Below, piece after piece: positions 26,261 through 36,290 of a stretch of 39,601 nucleotides of DNA (positions are counted from its first letter, which is position 1; the number at the start of each line of letters is the position of its first letter). Source of the DNA: Hymenobacter sp. (lineage in GTDB: Bacteria > Bacteroidota > Bacteroidia > Cytophagales > Hymenobacteraceae); NCBI GenBank assembly GCA_031387395.1, contig JANNDE010000145.1, positions 1-39,601 of the forward strand, in the 5' to 3' direction. The notes under the pieces were generated by a model. The model had not been told where the DNA came from. It searched no databases and saw only the letters and a list, made by a program, of their open reading frames with translations. The position numbers and the translations under genes were made by a program.

Positions 26261-27757
26261 TCACCCCTTCGCCGTGCCCAGCTGGTGCAGCACCAGCTCC
26301 CACAGATGCTCGTAGGGAATGATTTCGACCTCAGCGAAGGCGTCGCCCGGTAGGGGCGTGCTGGTGAGGGTTTCCAGGGTGGCCAGCCCGCGCTTGCGGG
26401 CTTTGGCGAGGTCGAAACCCGTGTAGGCCAGCCCGCGCAGCAGGCGCAGAAACAGGCGGCTACGCTGGGAGCTGTCGTCGTGCAAATGGCGCTCCTGGTA
26501 CTTGCGCAGCCGCTCCAGCCGCACCAGAGCCTCATCAATGTTCTGCCGGCGCAGGCAATGCAGCAGCTGCAGCACCAGAATGGCCACATTCTGGCCACTT
26601 TTGTCGCGGCTGTACTCCGGCATTATCAGCGACCATTTGGGGGAAGGTGCTGGCGCCGCCGCCGGGGCGGCAGGAGCCACAAAATCGACATAACCCCGGT
26701 ATAGCTCCCAGCGCTCGACGGCCGCCGGGCGCAGCTTGGTGCTGGCGGGGTTTTGCGCCACCGTCCGGAGCAAGTCCTGGGCATAGGTGTATTTCTTGCC
26801 ATGAAGGGCCAGCAGTAGATGGTATTCCTGGAAAAAAAACCAGTTGCTGGAGGTGTAGGCGAAGTGCTGAATCCCGGCCTGGGCCAGGCGCAGGCCTTTT
26901 TCGGGCTGCCGCTCCCGCAGGTAGGCCACAATGCTCATGTACGTATTGTAGCGCAGGTCGAAGCGGCGGGCGTTGAGCTTGCCCTGGCTAAGCTGCCGGG
27001 CAGCGGCCCCGGTCAGGCGGATAATCTCGGTGGCGTTGCCCTGCAGTTCGGCGTGCGCCAGCTGCAGCTGGTACAGGAAGGAATAGGTGTTGAAGGTTTT
27101 GGCCTGTCGATGCAGGGCTTCCAGCTGCTGCACGCGCCCGGGCATTTGCGGCAGCAGGGCCCGCCGGCTTTTCACCGTGCCCGCCATGGCGAGCATGGTG
27201 CTGGTAAAAAGGCGAGCTGCTTCGTCTTCCAGCTGCTGCACGCGCAGGGTTTGCTGCAGCAGCTGGTCCATCTGGTGGTAGGCCGCTGGCTTGTTTAGTT
27301 GCGCATAGATGAGGCAGAGCTGGCGCGCGCTCTGCACGGCATAGGGCGTGAATTCGCTGGCCTGCGCTTCCGTCAGGCAGCGGCGCAGCAGTCGCTGGCT
27401 CAGCACGTAGTCGCCTTCGGTGTAGAGGGCAGTGCCTTTGTGTAGCAGGTCGAGGCAGGCCATCTGGTGGCGGCGCGATACCACGCTGAGCGGGTTGCTA
27501 TGGTCGAGAAAGTAGAGGCAGTTGAGCAGCTTGGCCTGCACGCGGCTTTTCAGGCGCTTCAGGGCCACCATGTTGGCATTGCTGGCCTGGCCGTAGAGCG
27601 CCTTGGCTACCAGCAGTGGGGTTTGGGCCGTACCCGCCAGCAGCAGCTCCACCAGCTTGCCTTCCCGGCTATCGGAGGGTTGGTCAGAATTAATAACCGG
27701 GAGCGTCGCCAGCCGCCGGGAGGCTACAATCTGCGCCAGGTTTGTAACATCATTCAT
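26261..27757 (-). CDS. Hypothetical all-helical protein (TPR-like repeats, possible N-terminal DNA-binding domain)
   Basis: 498-aa Leu/Ala/Gln/Arg-rich ORF with no signal peptide or TM helix; ends EIIPYEHLWELVL. Confidence 0.8.
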   Translation of the reverse strand: MNDVTNLAQIVASRRLATLPVINSDQPSDSREGKLVELLLAGTAQTPLLVAKALYGQASNANMVALKRLKSRVQAKLLNCLYFLDHSNPLSVVSRRHQMACLDLLHKGTALYTEGDYVLSQRLLRRCLTEAQASEFTPYAVQSARQLCLIYAQLNKPAAYHQMDQLLQQTLRVQQLEDEAARLFTSTMLAMAGTVKSRRALLPQMPGRVQQLEALHRQAKTFNTYSFLYQLQLAHAELQGNATEIIRLTGAAARQLSQGKLNARRFDLRYNTYMSIVAYLRERQPEKGLRLAQAGIQHFAYTSSNWFFFQEYHLLLALHGKKYTYAQDLLRTVAQNPASTKLRPAAVERWELYRGYVDFVAPAAPAAAPAPSPKWSLIMPEYSRDKSGQNVAILVLQLLHCLRRQNIDEALVRLERLRKYQERHLHDDSSQRSRLFLRLLRGLAYTGFDLAKARKRGLATLETLTSTPLPGDAFAEVEIIPYEHLWELVLHQLGTAKG

Positions 27758-28028
27758 GCTGAGAATGAAGATAAATAGAAAGGCACGTGGTAGCCAACTG
27801 TGGCTCGCGCTGTGCCAAATGATTTTGCGCCGCCAACACCACTGCTATTCGCACGGGGCCATGTCCTCAAAACTACCAAAATGCGGATGCACTAAAAAGC
27901 AAAAATGTCAAATACTGCTTCAAAAAGCTGGCAGTAGTGCATAAGTACAGTCAGTTGTTTGCCAAATGACTGCTAACTGATGTCTTTGAAAAAGCAATTA
28001 CTTCCTTTTTATTTGCTTGATAAGTGTT

Positions 28029-28064
28029 TAAATTTGTGTAAAAATATTGAAAATCAATTAATTA
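28029..28064 (+). promoter_or_regulatory. Candidate -7 promoter element and IHF-consensus site
   Basis: TAAATTTG at 28029-28036; AATCAATTAATTA at 28052-28064 fits WATCAANNNNTTR; AT-rich context. Confidence 0.4.
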
Positions 28065-28160
28065 GTGTAGGCGTTCAGCTGTTACGTTTTGCGCGATTCG
28101 CCTGCTACCCATCCCGAACGGCTCCTGCCCCGGCCACTGCCCGCCGCAGCCTGCTTGAAG

Positions 28161-28350
28161 AGCGAGAATTTACTCGCTGATAATCACCTTTTTCTGCTTT
28201 TTTATTAGCGTATCCTTTCCACATTCGCGGAGCCGGCTGCTACCCCAGCCCGGTTCCCGACTCGTCCGTCTGCACAGTAGCCTGCGAGTGAACGCGCCGC
28301 CCAGCGGCCTCACCTGCGGTGAAAGGAGTGTCTGCCTGACTCGTCGGACA
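28161..28350 (+). ncRNA. Candidate structured non-coding RNA (strand inferred)
   Basis: Five consecutive predicted stems, no ATG-initiated + strand ORF in the interval, bounded by a promoter-like region and a terminator. Confidence 0.35.
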
Positions 28351-28351
28351 A

Positions 28352-28397
28352 AAAACAACAGCGCCTGCGCCAATTATGGTGCAGGCGCTGTTGTTTT
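28352..28397. terminator. Bidirectional intrinsic terminator
   Basis: AAAACAACAGCGCCTGCGCCA-ATTA-TGGTGCAGGCGCTGTTGTTTT, a 21-bp stem with one G-U pair. Confidence 0.88.
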
Positions 28398-28425
28398 AGG
28401 GGGTACTGCCCGGGAATGGCTGGCC

Positions 28426-29043
28426 CTATGCGAGGCGGGCCCGGGCCGCCAGCCGGGTCGCCCGGGCCGCCAGGCCGGCCGTGAGTTCGCGCTGCTTATA
28501 GCACAGTGGCAGGGGCGTGCCCGAGCGGAAGGCGCGCACCGTGATTTCGGCGCAGGCGCGGGCATCGCTCAGGGCGTCGTGGTGGCTGAGCGGAATGCCG
28601 AACTGCCCGGCTACGTGGTCGAGCTTGTGGCGTTCGAAGTGGGGCCAGCACAGCTTGGCCAGCTTCACCGAGCACAGGGCGTGGAAGGCCGGAATGGGCA
28701 GGCCAAAATCGCGGCAGCTGTATTCGAGCACGCTCACGTCGAAGGCCGAGTTGTGGGCCACTACGGGCTGCTGGTGCAGGTAGGGCAGCAGCTGGGGCCA
28801 CACCTCGGCCAGGGTAGGCGCATGGTGCAGCTCGGCTTCCGAAATGCCGTGCACCTGCTGGTTGCGCCAGTCCACGCGCAGCACGCGGGGGCGCAGCAGG
28901 GTGGCGTAGGTGTCCACAATCTGGCCGCCGCGCACGCGCACCACGCCCACGGCGCAGGCGCTGGCCCGCTGTTCGTTGGCCGTTTCGAAGTCGATGGCCG
29001 AGAAGTCGAGGTTGGCCAGGGCGCGGGATATTTCTGCTTGCAT
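28426..29043 (-). CDS. DEDDh 3'-5' exonuclease (DNA Pol III epsilon-like)
   Basis: AIDFETAN, VVAHNSAFD, HHDALSDA. Start set at ATG 29043 because the longer ORF runs through a repeat hairpin. Confidence 0.9.
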   Translation of the reverse strand: MQAEISRALANLDFSAIDFETANEQRASACAVGVVRVRGGQIVDTYATLLRPRVLRVDWRNQQVHGISEAELHHAPTLAEVWPQLLPYLHQQPVVAHNSAFDVSVLEYSCRDFGLPIPAFHALCSVKLAKLCWPHFERHKLDHVAGQFGIPLSHHDALSDARACAEITVRAFRSGTPLPLCYKQRELTAGLAARATRLAARARLA

Positions 29044-29070
29044 AACCTGCAAGATAGGACGCCGCGCTTC

Positions 29071-29143
29071 ATGAAGAACGAAGAATGAGCAATGAATAAT
29101 TGGCGTTGTTCCCATTCACTACTGCTCATTCTTCATTCCTCAC
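29071..29143. repeat. Period-7 inverted repeat element
   Basis: ATGAAGA-ACGAAGA-ATGAGCA-ATGAATA ... TGCTCAT-TCTTCAT-TCCTCAC; perfect 12-bp stem 29080-29091/29123-29134. Confidence 0.8.
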
Positions 29144-30632
29144 GAGGCGCGGCAGTTGGTTCGCAGCACACGTCGGGCACCGCGAAGTAGTTTTCCAGCA
29201 CACCGTTGATGTTACCCTCGCAGCCTTTGGTAAGGTCAATATCAAACTCTATATCGGCGCTGAATTGGCGCAGCGGAATAAGTACCCGGCCGTAGCGCAC
29301 TCGCAGCGGGGGCAGCGTTATCTGCGGGCGGCCGGCGCGGTGGGCGGCCCGTAGCGCGGCGAAGCGGGCTTGCATCTGGGCATCGAAGGGCGCGGCGCTG
29401 GTCGCCAGCTCGCGCCAGGCCTCGGGTACGTGGCCGGCAGCCAGCAGGGCCAGTAGCGGTAACAGCAGCAGCATTTCCCGCGCCGGGTGCTGCCGGGGTA
29501 GCACCAGAAGCAACCCGGCTGGCCCGGCCGGGCGCAACAGGCCCCCGTGCCGCCCGGCCAGCCAGCCCAGCCCGGCCGTCGAGCCCAGCAGCACCAGTAG
29601 AATTTCGTTCTGCGCCCGCATCAGCGGCGCGCCTACAATCAGGTAGCGGAAGAGCAGGAAACCAATGAAATTCAGCGCCGCGTAGGCCAGCAGCAGCGCC
29701 AGCCAGTGCCGCCGCGCGAGCGGCCGTGGGGCCGGGCCAGTCGACAGCGCCCGCCGCCCGGCCCACCAGCCCCCGGCCGCCGCCGCCAGGGTGCTCAAGC
29801 CATTCATCGGCTTGATGAGAAACAGCGCCATCGATAAAACCGACCGGGGCCCGAGCACCAGCCAGCGGTACTGGTAGTAGGGGTCGGAAGGCGGGGCCAT
29901 GGCGGCGGCGCGGGTCCAGTTGCCCGGGGCGGCGGCGGCCCCGGCGGTGGCCAGCGCCGCCAGTAGCAGCCAGCCCAGTAGCGCCGGCCGCGCCGCCCGG
30001 GGCAGGGCCACGGCCAGCAGTGCCAGCACGGGCAGGGCCTGCACCAGCGTCAGTTCATTGCCGGTGAGGGCGAGGCCCAGCGGCAGGCAGGCCCAGATAG
30101 CCGTGCGCCGACGGCCGGCGGCCGGGCCCCACCCCACCCGCAGGGCCAGGGCGGTAAAATTCAGCAAGGCAATGAGCGTGAGTTGATACACCAGCGCGCC
30201 CGCAAACCAGTACAGAAAAGAAAACGGCGCGGGTGCCGCGTTGCAGAATAGAGCCAGCAGCAGCCCCGCCGCCCACAGCGCCTGGCTGCGCGAGCAGCCA
30301 AACCCCAGCGGTGGCCAGCGCAGTGCCCGCAGCAGGTGGGCCAGGCTGCCCCACAGCGTCAGGAACAAGCCCGCCGCTACCACCTTCACGCCCTCCAGCC
30401 AGCCGTAGGACACGGGGTTCAGCACCGTCATAATAAACGTGGTGCTGAAACGTCCGGTCCAGGTCTGAAACAGCCAGCGCTGCACGCCCCAGGTACCATG
30501 CTGGCGCATCCAGTAGGCATTGCGGAAGTCATCGAAAAACGGCTGGTTGAAGGCGCAGAGCAGCAGGAACGGAGCCAGTGCCAGGATAATGCCCAGGCGC
30601 GGAAGCAGCAGACGAAGCGGGGAAGTCGGCAA
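29133..30632 (-). CDS. Polytopic membrane protein, DUF6056/GT-C-like; start uncertain
   Basis: NQPFFDDF, WTGRFS, LYWFAG, GNE, APGNWTR motifs with many TM helices. The 5' extension of the ORF to 30866 overlaps the GH20 gene and looks non-coding. Confidence 0.7.
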   Translation of the reverse strand: MPTSPLRLLLPRLGIILALAPFLLLCAFNQPFFDDFRNAYWMRQHGTWGVQRWLFQTWTGRFSTTFIMTVLNPVSYGWLEGVKVVAAGLFLTLWGSLAHLLRALRWPPLGFGCSRSQALWAAGLLLALFCNAAPAPFSFLYWFAGALVYQLTLIALLNFTALALRVGWGPAAGRRRTAIWACLPLGLALTGNELTLVQALPVLALLAVALPRAARPALLGWLLLAALATAGAAAAPGNWTRAAAMAPPSDPYYQYRWLVLGPRSVLSMALFLIKPMNGLSTLAAAAGGWWAGRRALSTGPAPRPLARRHWLALLLAYAALNFIGFLLFRYLIVGAPLMRAQNEILLVLLGSTAGLGWLAGRHGGLLRPAGPAGLLLVLPRQHPAREMLLLLPLLALLAAGHVPEAWRELATSAAPFDAQMQARFAALRAAHRAGRPQITLPPLRVRYGRVLIPLRQFSADIEFDIDLTKGCEGNINGVLENYFAVPDVCCEPTAAPREE

Positions 30633-30763
30633 AGGTGAAGCGGGTATAGAAACGCAAAGATGTGGCTTTGGTAATGGTCCAGGGCGAGGTCGTCGGACAA
30701 ATAACTTCGTCGCATCACCCAAACGCGGTGGACTTTTGCCCGCACCATCTCCCACCGCGTCTT

Positions 30764-32833
30764 TTATAAACCGGCCAGCTTGCGGGCGGCCTTCACCACG
30801 GCCAGCTCGGCCTGGCCGGCGGGGGCCTGCGCGGCATCGAGGGTGGCGCGGGTGGCGGCCAGCCACGCGGGACCGGGGGCCTGCCCGGTTTGCAGCTGCG
30901 TGAGGCGCTCCAGCACCACGGCCGCCACGCTGGCCAGCCGGGTCGAGAGCGGCGCGTATTCGGTCAGGCTGGGGTTGGCGGCCAGCAGCGGTTGCAGCAG
31001 CACGTCGTTGCCCTGCCAGCGGATGGCCTGCGCCCGCAGCAGCGCCACCTGACGCGGGGCCGGGGACAGAAATCCCGGCGCGCCGGGGCGAAGCAGCACC
31101 ACGCTATCGACCAGCATGGCGAAGCGGCGGGCTGCTTCCGACTCGGCCGGGGCGGCGTCTACCAGGCGGTTCAACGGAGTGGCAGAGGTGTAGTTGAAGC
31201 CCTGGAAATGACGCTTATACTCCTTCACCGGCTCGATGACTTCGGCCAGGGTGCGCAGCGGGGCTACGTTGCTGGTGCCAGCCAAATGCTTCAGTAGCAG
31301 CTCGGGCGCGCGGCGGTGGCGCAGGCCCAGCGTTTCGAGCTGGGGCGAAAGCAGGTTCAGGCGGCGGTGCAGGTCGGGTACGCTTTGGGTGGCGGCCTGC
31401 GGCGACCACAGCCGCTCGGCCACGGCTGCCGCCCGGGGCCAGATGCGCGAGTCGAGCACCACCGAATCGGCAAATTCGGCCCACATCGCGGCCTCGCCAC
31501 CCAGCACCAGCTGCTGCTCGGCGGGCGTGAGGGGCGTATCGGCCGGCAGCGGGTCGGCGGTGTAGGAACTGGCCGCATTAAAATTCAAGTCCAGATAATA
31601 GCCGTTGGAGAGTAGTACCGGGTGGCCCATCTTAGCGGCCTCGTTCAGCCCCTTCTTGCCGCGCCAGCTTTGGATAGCGGCCTCTTTGGGCAGGTCGGGG
31701 CCCAGGATTTCATCCCAGCCAATCATGGTTTTGCCGCGCTGCTGCAGCATCATCAGCACGCGGCGGTTGAAATAGGTTTGCAACTGGTGTTTGTCCACGG
31801 TTTGGCCGTCGGCTTTCACCATGTGGTGGGCCTGCATCCAGGCCACGATGCGTGGGGTGCGCCGCCAGTTGCGGCCGTCGTTCTCGTCGCCGCCGGCATG
31901 GAAGTAGGGGTCTGGAAACAGCTTCGTCATCTCCGTCAGCAGCGAATCCAGAAAAGTATAGGTGGTTTCGCGGGTCGGGTCGATGGCCACGTTGGTGGTG
32001 CGCCAGCGCGTGTAGGGCGCATACACCGAGTCGTTAGAAGCCAGGCGCGGGTAGGCCACAATCCAGCTGGTGGTGTGGCTGGGCATGTCGAATTCCGGCA
32101 CCACCCGGATGCCCCGCGCCGCCGCGTAGGTCACTACCTCGCGCACTTCGGCCTGCGTGTAAAACAGCCCGTCGGTGCTGCCCACGGCCTGCAGCCGAGG
32201 AAAAACCTTGCTCTCCACGCGGAAGCCTTGGTCGTCGGTGAGGTGCCAGTGCAGCACGTTCAGCTTCACGGCGGCCATGCCGTCGAGGTTACGCTTGATG
32301 ACGGCCACGGGCATGAAGTGCCGGGCCGCGTCAATCAGCAGCCCGCGCCAGGCAAAGCGCGGCTGGTCGCGGATGTCGACTTCGGGCAAATAGCGGCCTC
32401 TCTTATCGGTGCGCGGCAGCTGTTCCAGCGTGGCCAGCGCCCGCAGCACCCCCAGGCTGGTGGGGGCGTCGATGCTCACGCCCATCGGCGTCACGCGCAG
32501 CGAATACCGCTCCTCGTCAAACCGGTCGGGCCGGCCCACCTGCCCGTAGCGGATTTGCAGCGTGGCCGTGCCCACAACCTTCGCGGCCGGCGATAATCGG
32601 CCGATGGTGCGGCTCACCGCGCCGGCTACCGCCGGGTCCACGGTGGCAGGCAGCAGCGGTTTCAGCGCGGCTTTCAGCGGCAGGCGGCCCTGGCCGTAGC
32701 GGGCTTCGGCGGGCAGCGGCAGCAGCGTGGGCGCAATTGTGGTTTGAGCCGTTGCCGGGCGCGTCAGCAGCCCCAGTAGTAGCACCAGCGCCAGCCATTC
32801 CCCCCATTTCTGCGTTCCATCAGCCTTCCGCAT
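30764..32833 (-). CDS. Beta-N-acetylhexosaminidase (GH20), secreted
   Basis: Signal peptide, PRFAWRGLLIDAARHF, LHWHLTDDQG, PEFDMPSH, catalytic HAGGDE, GGEAAMWAE, RIWPRAAAVAERLWS. Confidence 0.95.
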   Translation of the reverse strand: MRKADGTQKWGEWLALVLLLGLLTRPATAQTTIAPTLLPLPAEARYGQGRLPLKAALKPLLPATVDPAVAGAVSRTIGRLSPAAKVVGTATLQIRYGQVGRPDRFDEERYSLRVTPMGVSIDAPTSLGVLRALATLEQLPRTDKRGRYLPEVDIRDQPRFAWRGLLIDAARHFMPVAVIKRNLDGMAAVKLNVLHWHLTDDQGFRVESKVFPRLQAVGSTDGLFYTQAEVREVVTYAAARGIRVVPEFDMPSHTTSWIVAYPRLASNDSVYAPYTRWRTTNVAIDPTRETTYTFLDSLLTEMTKLFPDPYFHAGGDENDGRNWRRTPRIVAWMQAHHMVKADGQTVDKHQLQTYFNRRVLMMLQQRGKTMIGWDEILGPDLPKEAAIQSWRGKKGLNEAAKMGHPVLLSNGYYLDLNFNAASSYTADPLPADTPLTPAEQQLVLGGEAAMWAEFADSVVLDSRIWPRAAAVAERLWSPQAATQSVPDLHRRLNLLSPQLETLGLRHRRAPELLLKHLAGTSNVAPLRTLAEVIEPVKEYKRHFQGFNYTSATPLNRLVDAAPAESEAARRFAMLVDSVVLLRPGAPGFLSPAPRQVALLRAQAIRWQGNDVLLQPLLAANPSLTEYAPLSTRLASVAAVVLERLTQLQTGQAPGPAWLAATRATLDAAQAPAGQAELAVVKAARKLAGL

Positions 32834-32886
32834 TGTATTCAGTCAAAATCGATTTCTCTGCGCTACTCACAAATTGTCGTCCATAA

Positions 32887-32913
32887 AATCCGTGCAATCC
32901 GCGCCAATCCGTG
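32887..32913. repeat. Three tandem AATCCG(T/C)G units
   Basis: AATCCGTG-C-AATCCGCG-CC-AATCCGTG immediately after the DUF58 stop. Confidence 0.7.
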
Positions 32914-32915
32914 GT

Positions 32916-34265
32916 CTATATCAGGCCCCGGGCTTTGAATTCCAGGTATTTATTAATAGTATTCGCCGTCAAATCCTTCGGCGCGGTCAGGAGCGAATAA
33001 ATACCGTAGCGTTGCAGCTCAAGTACAATCTGGCGCTTTTCCTGGGCAAATTTCTCGGCGATGGTTTGGTTGTACACCTCCTCGGTGGTGGCGGCCGGGG
33101 CTTCGAGGAAGGCCCGCAGCTCGGTATTTTCGAAGAACACCACCAGCAGCAGGTGGTCCTTGGCCAGGCGGCGCAGGTAGGGCAGCTGCCGCTGCATGCC
33201 GTGCAGTGTCTCGAAATTGGTGAATAGAATCAGCAGGCTGCGCTGCTTGATTTTAGCCCGCACCGTGGCGTACAGCAGCTCGAAGTCGGTTTCGAGGTAC
33301 TTGGTTTTCTGGCGGTACAGGATTTCGAGCAGCTTGAGCAGGTGGCCGGGGCGGCGGTCGGCGGCCAGCGCGGCCCCGGGTTTGTTCGAGAAGGTGAGCA
33401 GGCCGGCCTTGTCGTGCTTCAGTAGGGCAATGTTGCTGACGACCAGCGTGGCATTGATGGCGTAGTCGAGCAGGCTCAGCCCGTCGAACGGCATGCGCAT
33501 CACCCGGCCCTTGTCAATCAGACAATATACCTGCTGGGCGCGCTCGTCCTGGAAGTGGTTCACCACCAGCGCATCGGCGGCCCCGGTGCCGGCGCGGCGG
33601 GCCGTGGCTTTCCAGTTGATGCTGCGCGGGTCGTCGCCGGGCACGTAGGGCCGGATTTGCTCGAATTCCAGGCTGTGCCCCACCTTCCGGATGCGCTTCA
33701 CGCCCACCTCCGTGAGGCGGTTGTGAATGGCCAGCAGCTCGTACTGCCGCATTTGCAGGAAGGACGGGTACACCGGTACCACCTTGCCCTGCTCGGAGCG
33801 AAACCGCCGCCGTACCAGTCCCAGCGGCGACGCGGCATAAATATTCAGCGCCCCAAACGCGTACTCGCCACGCTTCACGGGCCGCAGCTGGTAGTCAATA
33901 ATCTGCGTTTCGCCGGGCCGAATGGCGGCTTTGAACAGCACGTCACGCCGCTGAAACTGGTGCGGAATCTCGTCAATCGTCTCGGTCTGAATTGGAAACC
34001 GGTAACGGTTTTCGAGGTAAATCCGCACGTCGTTGTCCGAGCCGTTGGCCAGCTTGTCGCCCAGCACGCGTCGGCCGAAAACCGGCGCGGCCTGCCCCTT
34101 AGCTGGCGCGTAAAGCAGCAGCGCATCGAGCAGGGTGAGCACGGCGAGCAGGCCAAGTGCGATTTTCATCGGTCCCAGCAGCCCGGGCAGGAAAAAGGCC
34201 ACCACGAAGCCGGTGACGGCGGCAACGAGGGCCAGAAAAAAGCGCGGCGTGAGAAAGAGGGTCAT
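32916..34265 (-). CDS. DUF58 domain protein (MoxR-associated, VWA-like)
   Basis: EFEQIRPYVPGDDPRSINWKATAR, LIDKGRVM, RSLLILFTNFE. ATG 34265 avoids overlap with the NADAR gene. Confidence 0.92.
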   Translation of the reverse strand: MTLFLTPRFFLALVAAVTGFVVAFFLPGLLGPMKIALGLLAVLTLLDALLLYAPAKGQAAPVFGRRVLGDKLANGSDNDVRIYLENRYRFPIQTETIDEIPHQFQRRDVLFKAAIRPGETQIIDYQLRPVKRGEYAFGALNIYAASPLGLVRRRFRSEQGKVVPVYPSFLQMRQYELLAIHNRLTEVGVKRIRKVGHSLEFEQIRPYVPGDDPRSINWKATARRAGTGAADALVVNHFQDERAQQVYCLIDKGRVMRMPFDGLSLLDYAINATLVVSNIALLKHDKAGLLTFSNKPGAALAADRRPGHLLKLLEILYRQKTKYLETDFELLYATVRAKIKQRSLLILFTNFETLHGMQRQLPYLRRLAKDHLLLVVFFENTELRAFLEAPAATTEEVYNQTIAEKFAQEKRQIVLELQRYGIYSLLTAPKDLTANTINKYLEFKARGLI

Positions 34266-34267
34266 GA

Positions 34268-34815
34268 TTAGCGCAATTGGTCGCGAACTTCCATCAGGGC
34301 GAAACCCAGCAAATTGGGCCCTTGCCATTGGGCCGGGCTGGTAGCATCAGCCGAATCAGCAGCCAGCCCAATGCCCCAAATAGTATCTACCGGACTGGCT
34401 TCTACTAGCACGCGGTCGCTGGTCGCAAGCAGGAACTTTGCCAGCTCCTGGTTTTGACCAAACTTGTGCAGGTTGCCGGCGGTCACGATTTCAACCTTGT
34501 GTGCTTCCCAAATTTCGGGGGCAAAACCCTGAATCTCGCGGCCCAGCTTCTTGGCTTCGGCCGGGCTTTTAGCTGCCAGAATTCGGCCCAGGGTGGCCTC
34601 ATCTTTGAAAAGCCGCGCCTTCTCTGCCATCATCCAGTGTTCAGTCGAGCGATAAGTAATGCCTCCCACTACAAAATCGGCCAGCCACCACTGGCTTAGG
34701 CAGGCTTTTGTGATGGTGCCGTCCTTACTAGGCTGATTGCCCCAGAAGAACAGGTACTTGATACGGGTGTCCTGCGTCAGCTGGTGGAACAGCCATTCAG
34801 TGGAGTATTTCATAC

Positions 34816-34819
<4 letters not shown>
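34268..34819 (-). CDS. NADAR/YbiA family protein
   Basis: CLSQW, EHWMMAEKARLF, AKKLGR, KFGQN, LVEASPVDTIWGIG, GPNLLGFALMEVR. Confidence 0.92.
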
Positions 34820-35895
<1,076 letters not shown>

Positions 35896-36159
35896 CTATA
35901 AAGTGCTGGCGTAGCCAATGAACGTTTGGGTGGTAGCCTCGTCGGCGCAGGCAGCCCCTAGCTGCTGGTGCACGATGCGGGCGTATTCGGGCGAAACTAA
36001 TTTTTTCGATATCAGCGTCAAATCCTGCAGCAGCGAAGCATATTTGCCCCATTCAATGCCGGCCATAAAGGCCTGCTGGCGGGGCGAGCCGGCTCGGGCA
36101 AAAAGGTCTTCATCCCAATTGCATTGCAGCAGAATCTTCAGTTTCTCGACGGTGAGCAT
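35896..36159 (-). CDS. Hypothetical protein (87 aa)
   Basis: ATG start, protein-like composition, stop codon directly abuts the moxR ATG. Confidence 0.65.
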   Translation of the reverse strand: MLTVEKLKILLQCNWDEDLFARAGSPRQQAFMAGIEWGKYASLLQDLTLISKKLVSPEYARIVHQQLGAACADEATTQTFIGYASTL

Positions 36160-36290
36160 GGGGGCGGTAGAAGGGCGAAAAATAGCGGTTGGAAGGATAA
36201 AAAAGGCGCTGAAATGCTTATAGAGCGGACTTCGCGGAATAATTCAATTTGTCGAAAAGCCCGAATCCAGCCACAGTGCAAAAACGGAGA

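Noticed and set aside
28223-28291. Cys-rich micro-peptide IRGAGCYPSPVPDSSVCTVACE as a signal or RiPP precursor
   Set aside because: No ATG/GTG/TTG start in frame after the stop at 28181, and no modifying enzymes nearby.
28255-28350. Hammerhead ribozyme on the minus strand (GACGAG motifs)
   Set aside because: The required CUGANGA and GAAA core arrangement is not present.
27980-28373. ORFs 27980-28180 (+) and 28170-28373 (-)
   Set aside because: They run through promoter-like AT tracts or start inside the terminator, with atypical codon usage; not excluded without Ribo-seq.
30633-30866. N-terminal extension of the 577-aa ORF
   Set aside because: It overlaps the GH20 3' end in another frame and is an Arg/Gly/Pro-rich artefact.
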